In this document: one piece after another, positions 12,676 to 24,848 of the stretch
Layout of the letters: each line of letters begins with the position of its first letter
Position numbering within the stretch: the stretch's first letter is position 1
Assembly (NCBI RefSeq): GCF_018977255.1
Contig: NW_024704746.1
Coordinates: 20,522,001 to 20,586,000, forward strand
DNA: 64,000 bases
Direction of reading: 5' to 3'
Source of the DNA: Callorhinchus milii
Taxonomy: Eukaryota
Program-made: the position numbers and the translations under genes
The notes under the pieces: generated by a model
Told to the model about the DNA's origin: nothing
Seen by the model: the letters and a program-made list of their open reading frames with translations, nothing else
Databases searched by the model: none

Positions 12676-14159
12676 GTAACCTGGAAGCTCCCCTGCTCTC
12701 CTGTTTCAATTGCAGTATATAATTTTCCCCCAAGCATGAGAGGCGGCACCTCAATATCACTGCTTGTTCCTTCCTACTTGCTGCTCTTACTGGTCCTTTG
12801 TATACTTAGTGCTCAGAACTCATCAGAATGAGTGTATATTTTTCCATCTGGATTTTAAACAAATAGGTCTCCAAGCTGAAGTCTTGGAATTTTACTTTAT
12901 CAACTGCAGCTAGCCGCTTTGTGTTGCCCTTTGGAAAAATCAATGAAGTTACTCCAGCTGGGTTTACCCACTAACTTTACCTGAGGAATCTTGAGAACTT
13001 TAATAAAAATTTAAACCGTGCAATATGCCTCTTGTGCATTTAAACCAATAGGTTCATAAACATTTGACAATTTGGAAATTATTATCTCAAGGACATATGA
13101 GAAATCTTTACAGTGTGAACAATTCCTAACTCTGATGTAGTTTATGGTTTGTTTTATTCTGACTGTTTAATTATCGCTATGACTAAATTATTTTTTTCTT
13201 GCGAAGGATTATTACCGCCCCCCCCCCCCCCACGGAAAGCAATCGGTTCTGGTCCATGTTATTTCTTATTTTGTAAATTGTTCTGGGGAGAATAATACCA
13301 AATTGTGCAACCCTACTTCTCCCACGATATTAGAGGTGAGATCAGGTTACTTGCTTATGAAATGGATTGGGAGAACGCTACATGAGTCAGCAGGCTTGAA
13401 TGATGGCCAATTGTAGTAACTATTGGTACTAACCCAAAACTAACATTTACCACATACAGTTAGTAGTACACAATTCAGCACTGTTGGTTTCATATTCTTG
13501 TATTTTCAATCTGCTTGCTGCAAAAGAAGATTTGTTCTTTTTCCAAATATCTCAAAACTTTTGATCTTTGGAGTCGGGGACCTAGAAGGACTAGCTCTGT
13601 GGAGATGAACTTTGCTTGTTACTCATCACTGCAGTTAATCTTGCATCTCTGAGCTATTTGAACCCAACAGGCAGAAGAAGATAGAAATGAGAGTAGGTGA
13701 AACATTTTAAAACCTCCTCCTTCACAGTTGATTTCTTGATATACATGCTACATTGTTAGCTCATAGAAAAACAACTAATTGTAGAATGTTACAAATAACC
13801 ACATTTTTAAAACTTCAATCCCGACTAGCTTGTTTATCTTACTATTTATGCTGGGTATTTAACTTTTAGATACCAATTCCACAGAATTAAGTCACAATTC
13901 CAATAGAATTAAGTCTGCTGCAGTATTGGTACTGACTATTGCAGCTAGTGTCACTGCAAAGAAAATCTCTTAGTGGCAATGAAACGTATATGTTATATAA
14001 TATGTTGCTAGGTATTAATATATATTTTTTTATCACTTTGAAATGTCTTGAATTTCACAAAGTGGATTTAGTCAGCACTATTTTGAAAAGCCCATGTGGT
14101 GGTAATGTGGGGGCAGTAATTAGTTTGTAGTGAATTTGGATGAGGGATAACTTGAAATA

Positions 14160-14320
14160 GTTCCATGCCATCTTTATTGACCACTAGAACAGTCGGAACA
14201 GGACCCCATTGAGTTAACCATTGCATCTGAAGAACAGAACCTCCAACAATGCAACATTTCCTTAGTACTGCGCCAGAATATCATCTTAAATTATGGGCTG
14301 TACTGGAGTGGAGCTTGAAA
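14160..14320 (-). mobile_element. DeuSINE core fragment
   Basis: ccatgccatctttattgaccac...catctgaagaacagaacctccaacaatgcaacatttccttagtactg. Confidence 0.45.
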
Positions 14321-14535
14321 GCTGCTGGACATCCCTTTTAAAAGACCAAATCAAGTCTAATGGTGCAGTAGTTCATGTATTTCCCACAGAGAAATAAAGA
14401 GGTAATTCAAGGTTAAAAGCAAGAAGCTGGAGATGTGCGACCTTTCTGCTTACCATAGTATCACCACAGGATGGATCTACAGTACAGCTGTGTGTTAATA
14501 AAATGTATTTGGGGCTATTGGGCTTTAAGATGAAC

Positions 14536-14700
14536 TTTTCAATCCACGACTGTTTGTGGGACACTGCTGTGCGCAATTGGCTGCCGCGTTCGCCCACAAA
14601 TATACAGTCAATTCACTTTACAGTGTGTTCTGTGAAGCGCTTTGGGACGTCCTCCCGACGTGAAAAGCGCTATATCAAATGCAAGGATTATTATTATTAT
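14536..14700 (+). mobile_element. Young SINE, 5'-truncated (CTCCC-loop type)
   Basis: Near-identical to the 3' half of the copy at 15030-15350. Confidence 0.9.
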
Positions 14701-15029
14701 AATGTATTTTTTTAAAAAGCGATGAAATGATTTTGAACATGAATAGAAAAAGTGAAACAATGGGGTACAGCGATGCCTAAAGAGAGATTGGGTTAGTTGA
14801 ATAACATTGTAAAAGCTTCAGTGTATAAAGTGTTGCATTGATTTACTGGAGATGAGCAGCTTTTTGGATGAAAGGTGAGCTCATTTATTATAGGCCTCAA
14901 ACCAATTTTGGAGAAGTTAGTTAATGCCATATTTATCTTAGATAAGTTTGTGGAAAGGTTGTTAAACTTTTTTGTGGGCATACCATAACAGCATTTTTAA
15001 AATTTGTGGTTATGTGCTCGTAGGACTAT

Positions 15030-15350
15030 AATAATAATAATAATCCTTGCATTTGATATTGCGCTTTTCACGTCGGGAGGACGTCCCAAAGCGCTTCACA
15101 GAACACACTGTAAAGTGAATTGACTGTATATTTGTGGGCGAACGCGGCAGCCAATTGCACACAGGAATGTCCCACAAACAGTCGTAGATTGAAAATGACC
15201 AATTTATTATTGTTTTTGGTTTTGGAGGGATTATTATTAGGCTTTGTGTGGAGTAAGGAAACTTGCCCAAGGTTTCGCCCTCTGCCTGGAATTGAACTCA
15301 GGTCTCTCGCTTGCAAAGCAAGTGCTCTAACCACTGAGCTACAGGACTCC
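15030..15350 (-). mobile_element. Young tRNA-Ala-derived SINE, full length
   Basis: The reverse complement starts ggagtcctgtagctcagtggttagagcacttgctttgcaagcgagagacc and ends (tta)n. Confidence 0.92.
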
Positions 15351-15888
15351 ACTAGTATCTCTTTCGGTCATCTCCATTTTCTTGGTGTTTCTGAATTGAA
15401 TCAAATGGCAGCATTTTCTGTATTTGGGTGTCGGACATTGTGTACAGGTGGACTGACAAGTCCAGACATAAGTTGTGATGCTTCATATTGGTGTGCCAGT
15501 TTTGACAAGTGGGTGAAATAGGGGCGGTTAAATTATTGATAGTGCTGGCACTGACTTGAGCATAGTCAACAATGCCCACTTGATGTAGAAGTCAATTCTA
15601 TCAAATATTTCTCATTCCCTGACATTCAGCCGTCTCTAATGCCTGAGTTCACAAAAGTATTTAGTGAAATCAACCCATCCTTCCTATGGGGCCTGCGATT
15701 ACATTTCTGTACTGCAGTGCTAAAGATGACAAAGTTAACTGCTATGAATCTACTTAGCAAATGCTAATTCAAAAAATGTTGCTCTTTGCAATACAGATGT
15801 ACTGCCATAACTGGACATAGATTATGTAGATGAATATGCAGTCATTTAAACTATTAAACCTAGTTTGAATGTAAAATGCACCATCGCT

Positions 15889-16400
15889 ACAACAACAAGA
15901 TTACATTTGTATAGCGCCTTTCACGTCGGTAGGATGTGCCAAGGCGCTGAAACACTACACATTATAGTATGTTACAATACAAATTTACATTTATATAGCA
16001 CATTTCATGTCATACAAGATAACACAAACCCCTTGCCCAGATGTTGGACATTCCAAGGTTTGCACCTTAGCTGGGCTGTGAGGGGGGAAAAGATGTTCCT
16101 AGGCAGGGGAAGTTCTTGAGGTAGACCTTGAACGAGGCGAGGGAATGGGCAAGATCATGGAAGGATTTGAAGTTTAATTCAATTTGAAGTTGAATTCAAA
16201 CACTGGAAGATGGGTGGCTAGTAGAGGTAGGCGAGAATGGGAGTGATAGGTTCACAGAGTCTAGTGTGGGAAAGGACATAAGCTGCAAAGTTCTGGATAG
16301 TCTTTAGCTTGTGAAGATAAGAGGCAGGTAGTGGCAGCTAGCCCGGCGAGCAGCAGGTTAGCATAATCTAGCCTGGACGTGATAAATGCGTGGATACCAG
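15889..16400 (-). mobile_element. L2 fragment(s) with two tandem 3' tails
   Basis: Tails at about 15889-15950 and 15974-16040, then a degraded ORF2 C-terminus (taatctagcctggacgtgataaatgcgtggatacca = LVSTHLSRPG / HAFITSRLDY in the shifted frame). Confidence 0.7.
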
Positions 16401-18164
16401 TGAAGCGCTTTTAGACGTCCTTTCGATGTGAAAGGTTCCATGTCAAATGTAAGAATTAATTAATTTTAAACCTGTAGAGCATTTAGCTTATTAAAAATGT
16501 TTCTCAAGTAGGCTGGGGCTACAGGTATTTGGAATTCCCTATCTTCAGCACAGTTTACTTTGCAGAGTAGAAATCTATATGCAGGTAATTGCACAATTGT
16601 TTAAAAGTCGCTATTTTTTTCTCGCCATAGGCCTTCCATGTTTTTCTGAAAATGTACTGCAAGCTTGCCAGAACATGTTGTCAGTGCAACCATTTTAGCT
16701 GGTTACACTGGATCTGTTGCCTGCATGAAGAGGATAAAGATCCATTTTGGAAGGTGGTAGTAATTGAAGATGCCACTGTGGCTTGTTTAATTAACAGCGT
16801 CAGCCCTGAAAGCAGGAGTCTCTTTGGAACATATGTATAGGGTACAATGGTCGTTAAATAATAAAATAAATCTTGCATTGAAGGGATAGAAATCTAGTGG
16901 TGAGAGTTGCAGAAGCTTTTCTCATTTTCTTTTCTGTTCCTTTAGTAGCTGCTATTGAAGCAAGTGACCTAAAATGCATGGATCATATGTAGCCATAGTC
17001 TGCTTGTTTTGAATAGTATCAAATTCCCTGATTCTTAATGATTTTTTTGGTGCGTGGGAAAAAATCCAAGACTTCGAAGTAGATTATATTGTTCAAGTTG
17101 ATGGTGAAGGTTGTACACTCGTCATCACCTATTTGACCCACCCAGAATTACGTAAATGCAAACTTAGATTTCTATTGCTTCTTGCGTGCAGTTGAGATTC
17201 TGAGTCACAGTATGTTAATCCTTCCCCTGTTAAAAATCTAAAGCAGGTTATATCTATAAAGATTAAGTTTTAAACCTCATTAAGGTCAATATTTAAATCC
17301 TCTTCTTTCCTGAAAGAAAAATGTCCTGAGGAGTTTTTTTAGAATATGTTCCAATTGGGGGGATACAGTGATGGTAAAAATAAGGTTCATTTAGTAAGAG
17401 AATCTGAACATGAGGGTTCTGTGTGATATTACCAAGTCACTATATGGTTGTTCTGCTGATGCTACCTTGATATGTGCGTATATTTTTAACCAAACAATCT
17501 TACGTGCCTAGAGTGAATGAGAGCGTTTCACAATCTTCAGTAACATATTTGGTGATTCCCTGGAGCCAAGTTGGAATGGAAGATAATAGCTGTAATTAAA
17601 CACACCTGTGAATGACCTCACTGCACGGAGGACACTTGATCCACTTTCATGTATTGACTGCAAAGACAAGCTTATGTTACTGAGAACTTGGTTCCCTTTT
17701 ACAAATCATTTGGCCTTTATGAAAGTAGAATGGATGTGGAAAGAAGTACAACTTCCTGTTTAGAATCCGGCTGCCACTGTTTACCTGTGTAACAGAAGTA
17801 ATGCAAGTGTAGTTTGTTTTGCGCTGCAGTTGGTAATTGATAGCCTGGGAGTGGCAGTTGCTGTAGGTAATGCCTGTCTGTCTCTGTACAGTCAGATTTT
17901 TGTCTAGGCACGAGGAAAGCGTCAGAAAAGAGAATATTTTAAGATGAGCAAAGGTTCCTCATCTCTGCATCTGAATCAGTGTTTTGTTAACAGATGAAAT
18001 TGGTGTCAATTTATATAAATTACTGAATGAGTTTTATATATTTTTTTTAAAAAAGGCTTTCAATAATAATAATAAATCATCCTTAAACTTTAGTGGGATG
18101 TGCTTCTGTTAAAATGGTTCTGCGATTTTTGCTTTTAGTCAGCTGTCACCCATCACCACGCTTA

Positions 18165-18745
18165 AGAAAATCCAAACCAAACTGAGAATTCCATGCATCC
18201 CAGCTACACATGGAAATTCCAGAGACGGATTGATTGAATGGGATGCATCCTGCTTACCCAATTCCGGAAAGTATTAGGTGCAGGTTGGCAAAAACCAAGG
18301 CTTGGGGACCCCAGACTGTGTTGGGGTACTGCTGGAGTCTAATCAGTGAAAATCATATCGCTTGACATTGCCATCCTCCTGCCTTTATCCACTGCACTGG
18401 ATTGCGTCAGGCTTAAGTAAAAGTTGTATGAAGGAGACTGTTTAGCCCATTTGATTTCCTCCTTCCTGTATACCAATCCTACAGCCTTTCATTGATCTGG
18501 CAAGCTTTCTCATTGCTTGTCCAGCTAGGACCACCCAACTCATCAGGGCTTTGGCTTGCAGGTTGTTAATGTGTTATGCTTTATACTTCAACTTCCAGTA
18601 CTATCAGCATCTGAGTAGCAATGTGAATTGTGATTCAGCTGCCTTCTTATTGTTGACTGGGGGAGGCAGGGCACTGTACTTGCTCACTTGAAAGCATTTG
18701 CAAACTACAATACCGCTTCTGACTTGGATCCAGTTAGGACTAGCT
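18165..18745 (+). repeat. Unclassified interspersed repeat, copy B (interrupted by a 122-bp insert)
   Basis: Collinear blocks shared with the reverse complement of 1960-2435. Confidence 0.7.
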
Positions 18746-19106
18746 GATAAGAACTCAGCCATTTCCTCTGTTACAATATTTTATTCCTACCAATTTTCTT
18801 CTCTCCTTACCTCCTCTCCTGGAGGCTTTTGCGCCTGAAGACCTTCCTTTTCAACCCTGCCTATGGTCACCTTCCCCCTCCCCCTGGGTCGGCATGGGGC
18901 TCCACCATTGTTAACCGCTCTGGGACGCCGTCCGGGATGGAGAGCGCTATATAAATACAAGTTGTTGTTGTTGTTTTTGGTTTGTTTATCCTCCTGCCTT
19001 TATCCACTACACTGGATTGCAACACGCTAAAGTAGAAGTTGTATGAAGTAGACTGGTTAGCGATTTGATTTCCTCCTTCCTGTACCAATCCTACAGCCTT
19101 TCATTG
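18373..19106 (+). repeat. Dispersed direct repeat, about 120 bp x2 (18373-18494 and 18988-19106)
   Basis: Both copies read atcctcctgcctttatccact.cactggattgc...aagttgtatgaag.agactg.ttagc..atttgatttcctccttcctgta..ccaatcctacagcctttcattg. Confidence 0.92.
18795..18976 (+). mobile_element. L2 3' end
   Basis: cctgaagaccttccttttcaac...cgctctgggacgccgtccgggatggagagcgctatataaatacaa(gtt)n. Confidence 0.8.
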
Positions 19107-19290
19107 CAGCATCAAGCTGTTAAATTAGTCAAGCGCCCTGTCCTCCCACCCTTCCAGCAGCCTGTTCCAGCTGTTGATTAACTTCTGTGTAAAGAAATAA
19201 TGCCTAGTGTTTTGTTTACCCTTTAGCAAACTGAACCTGCACCCTCTTGTCCTTCTGCTTTGCTGAATATGAAAATATTGTTTCAAGTTT
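19030..19290 (-). mobile_element. CR1 3' end fragment
   Basis: Minus-strand translation RTRGCRFSL...RHYFFTQKLINSWNRL, the CR1 ORF2 terminus. Confidence 0.65.
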
Positions 19291-19867
19291 ACTTTGAATG
19301 TTACATGTTTTGCAATCATTTCATTTAGAAAAAACTGAAAAAATGGTAAGTTTTGTCAAATTATGTGAAGATAACTTTTGCCTCCACTCATGTCAGGCCA
19401 ACACCTCCCATTTTATGCTGCCCTTTGGCCTCAGTGACAAAGGTAGATAATAGACGTCTTTGTTTTTGTAGGTAGCTTCAAAGTTCAATCTATATTGTCA
19501 AAGTGGGTGGATCTAGCTCTTCAGATGTGCAGTAAACAAATTATATTGTCAGTAGTGGCTGCGACTTAAGCACTCTCTTTATTCATACGGCTGGTATTTT
19601 CATGCATCGTTATGCTATGCATATTTTACATCGTAATTACGTTGCTTATGGTAAGGCTGCAAGGTAAATGTGGCAGCATTGCTGCGAGGTGACGAGAGCC
19701 TAACCTTGAGAGGTAGTTTTTCTCCATACCTTAGGATTTAGCAAATTTTTTTACAGATAAAAAAAGTTTGTCTTGTTGCTTCTGTCGTTGCGGATGCTCA
19801 TTTTGTGATGGCCACTTGCCTACCAACATGATAGCTTCCATGCTGTTGCTCTGTATGGGCCTTCACT

Positions 19868-19965
19868 GGAGCTCCAAGGTGACCTGTTTGGCAATGGAAC
19901 GTCAGAATCAGGCCCACCTTCTGTGGAGGGCTTGGTAATCCAGTTTCTGAGCCAGGCTGTCGTCT
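19868..19965 (-). repeat. Unclassified interspersed repeat, copy C (partial)
   Basis: gctccaaggtga...tttggcaatggaacgtcagaatc...tccagtttctgagccagg versus 1982-2065 gctccaagatga...tttgacaatagaaagtcagaatc...tccagttcctgagccagg. Confidence 0.7.
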
Positions 19966-22900
19966 AGGGCACTGTATCAGATATCAGACTGATCAAATGG
20001 AGCTCCGAGGAACAAAAATGGCAGCTTCAATTTGCTTCTAATACTACTTTGTAGTTTCTGTGTTGCTGCTGGTTCTGTTAAATTTGCTCAACTGTGTAGT
20101 GGTCTTTGACTTGGAGAACTGATTAGGCTGTTGTAGAGTTGCTTTTCATTGAAATTTAAGCGCTCTGAGATGCTACCCTGCATGGAGGGCGCAATATGAG
20201 TGCAAGTTGTTGTTGAAATGGTTGTGCAACTTCCTTATAATATAAATATTTGCATTGGACATTATACAATTAAATCTGCAGATCAATATTATTGGTATTC
20301 CCTTGTAATCATTTATTGTCTTGGAAACGTGTCTAATGCATCATTTGTTTAGAGAAAGATAATTGGTTTGGTTTTCGAGATTGTGTGCAGGAATTATGTT
20401 CAAGTTAGCCTATAGACTCCTGCACAGTATGTTACTCAAGACTGATACTGCAACTTGAGCTTTAAAAAACAATTGATGATGCATCATGTCTCAGTGTGCC
20501 CATTACCACGATAGTTTCTGTGGTGCTCAAAGTCAGCACTTACTGTCCATTGGTGTTGCGTTCCTGACAAAGATAATTGAAACCACTGTCTGTTTTTTTT
20601 ATGCATTCATGGCCTACTGTTTCTGGATCAGTTCCAGCAATGCAGTGTTAGTGTAATCTTCTGGAAAATGTTGTAAATTTGTTCAAAGCAGATATTTTTG
20701 TGTGGATCTATCACTGTTGAGGCCCACGATTTTCATAATGAAATGTTTGCTGTGTTGATGACAGCACTCTGATATTTTTTCTCTTCTCTCTTCTCTCTAA
20801 GGTATTGGTGTCCCTGTTTAGTATTCCATTTGGTTGAGCTGCTCTGCACAGGGTCTTGTCTAATCAGTTGGGTTCTGATTGCTTCCATGTATCCAAAGGT
20901 TGCATCTTCTTGCTTAGTGTTTTGCATTACAGATTCATCCTCTGGAGATGGAAGAATATATAACTCCATCTGCTGCAACCAGATTTAGCCCTTTCAATGA
21001 ATATTGTTAACAGGTGAATTACACCCTATTGAGGTGAGAGCTAATTTTGGGGCTAGTATGATATGAAGAGGTATCACAGAATTTTAGCAACTGCGGTTCA
21101 GCAACAAAATTCCTGCTTTATAATGGTCATTGTTTTCACTGCATTAGGCATAGAGATCCAATGCACTGCAAAGGATCTCATTGTGTCAAGTGCTTTGAGA
21201 TGCTTTGAAGTGGTCAGGTGCTTTACAAAATGCAAGTATTATAAGAATGAAGTGATGTCTGCAAACCGCAGTACATTTTTTAAAGAAGAAGTCTGTCCTA
21301 TTGTTCAAAATAAAATATTGAGCTTTCAATACTCCGTTGCTATGTTGGCTGCGTTAGTCACCTGTGTTAGTCACCAAAAGCAGTTTTTGTTTCTCCTCCA
21401 CGAAGAGTATTATGTGAAAATTATCACCATGATCAGTTTGTGTTACATTATTCAGCTGCAATCAGAATTGAACCATTGTTGGAATATAGACCATATTCTG
21501 GACAAATAGACTTTCAATACTCACTATCTGGTCACCTACATAATGATTAATCGGGTGAAGTGATAAAGTTGGATGAGGTGATCGAGGGTTGATGCAGCTT
21601 GCTGCAATGAACCTCAATTTTTGTCATGCTTTAAAGATAAGAGGAAACAAATTGCAGGGTGGGTATTAATCTTGGTAATCATTGAACTTGTAATAATACA
21701 GAAATAGTGTTCAGGCAATTCGATTATTTTATTGCTCTTTCTGCCTCACCTATTTGCCTATATAGTATAATATTCTTATCCCTGTTTTAAAAAAAACACA
21801 CACAGTGTATGGTGCAATATGCTTTCTTTACTAGTCCTTGTCTGAGAAATTCTTGCTCATTATTAAGGGAAAGTAGTGAGAAAGTAGACTTCTATCATCT
21901 GGACGTAAGAAGGTTGGAGATTATCTCAACACCATGGCTTCATGCCAGGTGATTGTCACAATTTAGGCTATGGTTAGGATTAAAACATTTGTGAAATTCC
22001 ATATTTATTTAATTTTAATGTATTACAGAATAAGTAAATGGCTATCCTGTTTCTTTTATTTTTTTCTCTCTGACTAGATTCTCTCTGTTGAAAAGCTAAT
22101 GTATGAGAAAAGCTCCCAGCTGATACTTTTGCTGGATAACTACTAATTGGGCATCAACTGCCTTTCACTGGTTTACTCTGATATAAACTTAACTGTGTTT
22201 GTCCATCTCTTTCAGACCCTAATCTGCACTCTGTAAAAGTACTGTACTTTAATACTTATGAAACTAACCTTTGCGCTGTAGGGAAAATCCTGTTCTGTGC
22301 AGGTGTGCAGTTGAGCATGTACACACAAGATCACTCTGATACGGATCACATTTATAACTTCATGTACATGCTCTCAGCTTTCCACATACACACAACTCAA
22401 TTTTTATGTCTTATCCAGGATCCAACCTTAGAGCCAGCTGCTATTATTTTTTCTACTGTTTGTGTGTGGCATGGAGAAAATGGAATAGGGGCCAGTTTCA
22501 ACCCACGGGTCGCATATTTGATACCCCTGTTCTAAATAGATTTCGAGTGTTAAGTCCTTTAATTTTTTTAAGAATGTAGATGCTTACGTTTATAACTATA
22601 GATTTACAATTGTGAATTAAGAAAGGATGATTGGAGAAAAGGCTCAAGAGCACAAATGCATCTTTCCTTAATTCTTTTTGTCATTTGGCAGAAAATGTAT
22701 GAATCTAAAAGGATTTGTGATGCTGCATTCCAAGTAAAGTTGAAATACTGGAAAATCTAGTAAAATGCTGGTGGATTGGCAGGCACACTGCATTACTTGA
22801 GAATGCACCTTAATCTATCTCAGTGAGTGCCAACTTCTCCCTCACATACTTTATCCATGGGAAAGGCAGAACTGCCTGCTTGTGAAGTACAAATAGTGAT

Positions 22901-23434
22901 TAGAGGAAAGTGCTTCCTATTCTTGGGAGTTGGATTGTGAAAAAGGATCTCCAGAAATGTGTGCTAAAAGTGGAACTAAAGCCATTACAACTACACTACC
23001 TAGCTCTCTTCACTGATGTCAGGAACACTACTTAATGCACTTTACAACAACAATAAAATTACATTTGTGTAGCACCTTTCACATTGGGAGGATGTCCCGA
23101 AGCGCTGAATACAACAGGTTACAATAGGTTTCCAGAAATTGGAGCACCTTTAGTTCTTGCATTTTAGACAGCTACCCTGAGTTCATCTAAGTTGATCGTA
23201 GGTGATGGAAGGGCGAGTATCTGAGATCGGACTGGTCTGTGTATCCTTGTGATAACGAGCAGATAAATCAGGAGGTGCCCTGTTCTGATTGTTATCTTTT
23301 GTTCTGATTGTTATCTGTGTTTACAGATGGAAAAGTGTATGCCATACCAAGTAAGCCTCAAGCTTAGCTCAGTTGTGAATGTTTTTGAGTGACTTATAAC
23401 GGTGTCCTATGGAAGTTCTGATCCCACGGTACTA

Positions 23435-23680
23435 TAATAATAATCATAATAATAATCCTTGCATTTGATATAGCGCTTTTCACGTCGGGAGGACATCCCA
23501 AAGCGCTTCACAGAACACACTGTAACGTAAATTGACTGTATAGTTGTGGGCGAACGCGGCAGCCAATTGCGCACAGCAATGTCCCACAAACAGTCGTAGA
23601 TTGAAAATGACCAATTTATTACTGTTTTTGGTTTGGAGGGATTATTATTAGGCGTGTGGAGTAAGGAAACTTGCCCAAGG
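23435..23680 (-). mobile_element. Young SINE lacking the tRNA head
   Basis: (aat)n ccttgcatttgatatagcgc ... ggagtaaggaaacttgcccaagg. Confidence 0.9.
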
Positions 23681-24848
23681 AATATAATGTGGATAATGTG
23701 GGCATGTCCAATTCATATTTATTCATATTTTATCTATTCTGTTTAAACTTTTGTTCCTGTCTACAGGGCAAAGAACAAACAGTTATTTGAAAATAAATTT
23801 CCACCATGGCTTTATTGAGGGATTGCAGAGCTTTCGAGATCAGATTATATTTCTTTGTGTATATTTTAGCACTTGGGAAGACTGGAGACATTCCATTTTA
23901 TTTTGTGAATTTTTCTGCAGGCAATGTGAATTAGATTGCATGAGATTGAAGTTTTCTTAGATAAATTCCATCCTTGGATTCCTGGTGTGCCCTTAATCCA
24001 CTGGTACGAGTAGTAGAGTGTGTGTGTTTGGTAGGGATGGGTAAACTGTGGTGTACAATGAAGTCCTTATAAATCCTAGTGTTTTCTCTCTCCACAGATC
24101 AAAATAATCAAATCAATGTATAATGGATATTGCTTAATGTTTGGGAAGTTAGAAGATGTTTTCCCGTTTTCTGTGTTCAGAAGTATTAATGCCTATGCCT
24201 TGTGGCTAAACAGGTGGCATAACATCTTTTATCAAAAGATTTTCCATTTGGATTAGGAAGATTTACATTTGTTAAGGGCAGTGTCGGCAGTTTTTAATTC
24301 TCTTTAATTTCACAGTGTAGCAAAGTATTGCTGAATGTTGAAAGAAAGGCTAATGCGGGCAATTCTTAACTTCTGAAGGTCAAAGTGTGGTTTATACTGT
24401 GATTACTGCTGTCTGTGTGCCTGAGATAATGGGATTCGGATTTAAAGACTTGGCCTGGAAGAAAGCTTTCCTTAAAAATGTACAACAGTTCTATGAAATT
24501 TTTTTTTCACCACTTTTCTACTCTGGCCTCAGCTTCTGAAGGTGTTGACTTGATTTTCTTTACTTCTGTATTACTTTCCATTTATTTCTCTCCTTGCCCT
24601 GACCTGGCACTGAAACAAATTGCCATATGCCTATTAAAATCTTGGCTAAAATCATTTAACTATTGATAGAATATTCAATCGTCCAGGTCAGGGAGCTCAC
24701 AACCACTCTGGACAGTGCATTTCCTGTGAGCCTTTGGGGGAACTGATGGGAAATGTCTATCTTTATCATAATAAAACATTTATCATAATTCCCCATACAC
24801 AACACCACCCCACCCACACACAACACCATCTGTGGAGTCAGGACTCAT

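Noticed and set aside
14503-14715. Recurring peptide family ...[14 protein letters not shown]...[10 protein letters not shown] (also 15010, 23407, 25927, 54854)
   Set aside because: Translations of the same non-coding SINE body; similarity is at DNA level with frames broken between copies.
18495-18987. Element flanked by a giant 120-bp target-site duplication
   Set aside because: The enclosed DNA continues repeat copy B that begins upstream of the first duplicate, so the first duplicate is the insert.
21063-21509. 148-aa ORF
   Set aside because: No recognisable domain or splice pattern, and it overlaps a degraded SINE-type tail (about 21185-21245). Consistent with chance.
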